From the IMG/VR virus record IMGVR_UViG_2563366982_000005: a stretch of 25,963 nucleotides of DNA, one strand, 5' to 3'. Source of the DNA: a virus (lineage: Duplodnaviria > Heunggongvirae > Uroviricota > Caudoviricetes). The position numbers and the translations under genes were made by a program. The notes under the pieces are model-generated. The model was not told the origin of the DNA. It did no database searches and saw only the letters and a program-made list of their open reading frames with translations. Shown here in pieces: positions 25,742 to 25,963 of this stretch. Numbering within the stretch: the first letter of the stretch is position 1; the number at the start of each line of letters is the position of its first letter.

Positions 25742-25963
25742 ATGAAGAAAAAATACGAACTGGTTGTTAAAGGGATAAATAATTACCCGGATAAGATTAC
25801 TGTTACTGTGGCACTGGAAGTTGGTGGGTATCCGTCACTGTTGTTGCCAGATGTGGCGATTAGTCTTGACCGTACTGAAGGTGCCACGCTGGAGTTTTAC
25901 GAAGCTGAGGCGAAAAAGCAGGCGAAGCAGTTTTTCATGGATGTTGCTGCCGGGTTATGTGAA
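25742..25963 (+). CDS. Hypothetical protein, 5' partial (runs off window end)
   Basis: ATG 5 nt after holin stop; MKKKYELVVKGINNYPDKITVTVALEVGGYPSLL...; not endolysin-like in this N-terminal part. Confidence 0.4.
   Translation, partial: MKKKYELVVKGINNYPDKITVTVALEVGGYPSLLLPDVAISLDRTEGATLEFYEAEAKKQAKQFFMDVAAGLCE

Overview
This window reads as a near-complete lambdoid prophage of the Escherichia coli Qin/DicBF type, mostly intact and carrying several accessory insertions. All calls come from reading the sequence and the supplied ORF track, plus recalled family knowledge; no database search was run. Left to right: integrase and excisionase (1-1357, minus strand); an early-left operon on the minus strand with a large DnaQ-like exonuclease, ydfD-like, dicB, the DicF sRNA, and ydfC/ydfB/ydfA-like small genes; a DicA-like repressor divergent from a Cro/DicC-like gene; replication genes (YdaT-like, O/DnaT-like with internal iterons, P-like); a run of small phage ORFs; an IS911 copy (12853-14102) next to a hokD-type toxin gene; a two-gene AT-rich cassette (14576-16310) flanked by a duplicated terminator; ydfU-like, rusA and antiterminator Q; a late cargo region with a DNA methyltransferase, three tRNAs, a TerB-like gene and two copies of a ~230-bp structured element; a NanS-p-like esterase apparently split in two; and an S21-type holin. 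The most interesting candidates are the two-gene cassette (unknown protein with a QLSLF clamp-binding-like motif plus an XRE-HTH/M78 peptidase fusion) and the duplicated structured elements at the position where Stx phages carry stx.
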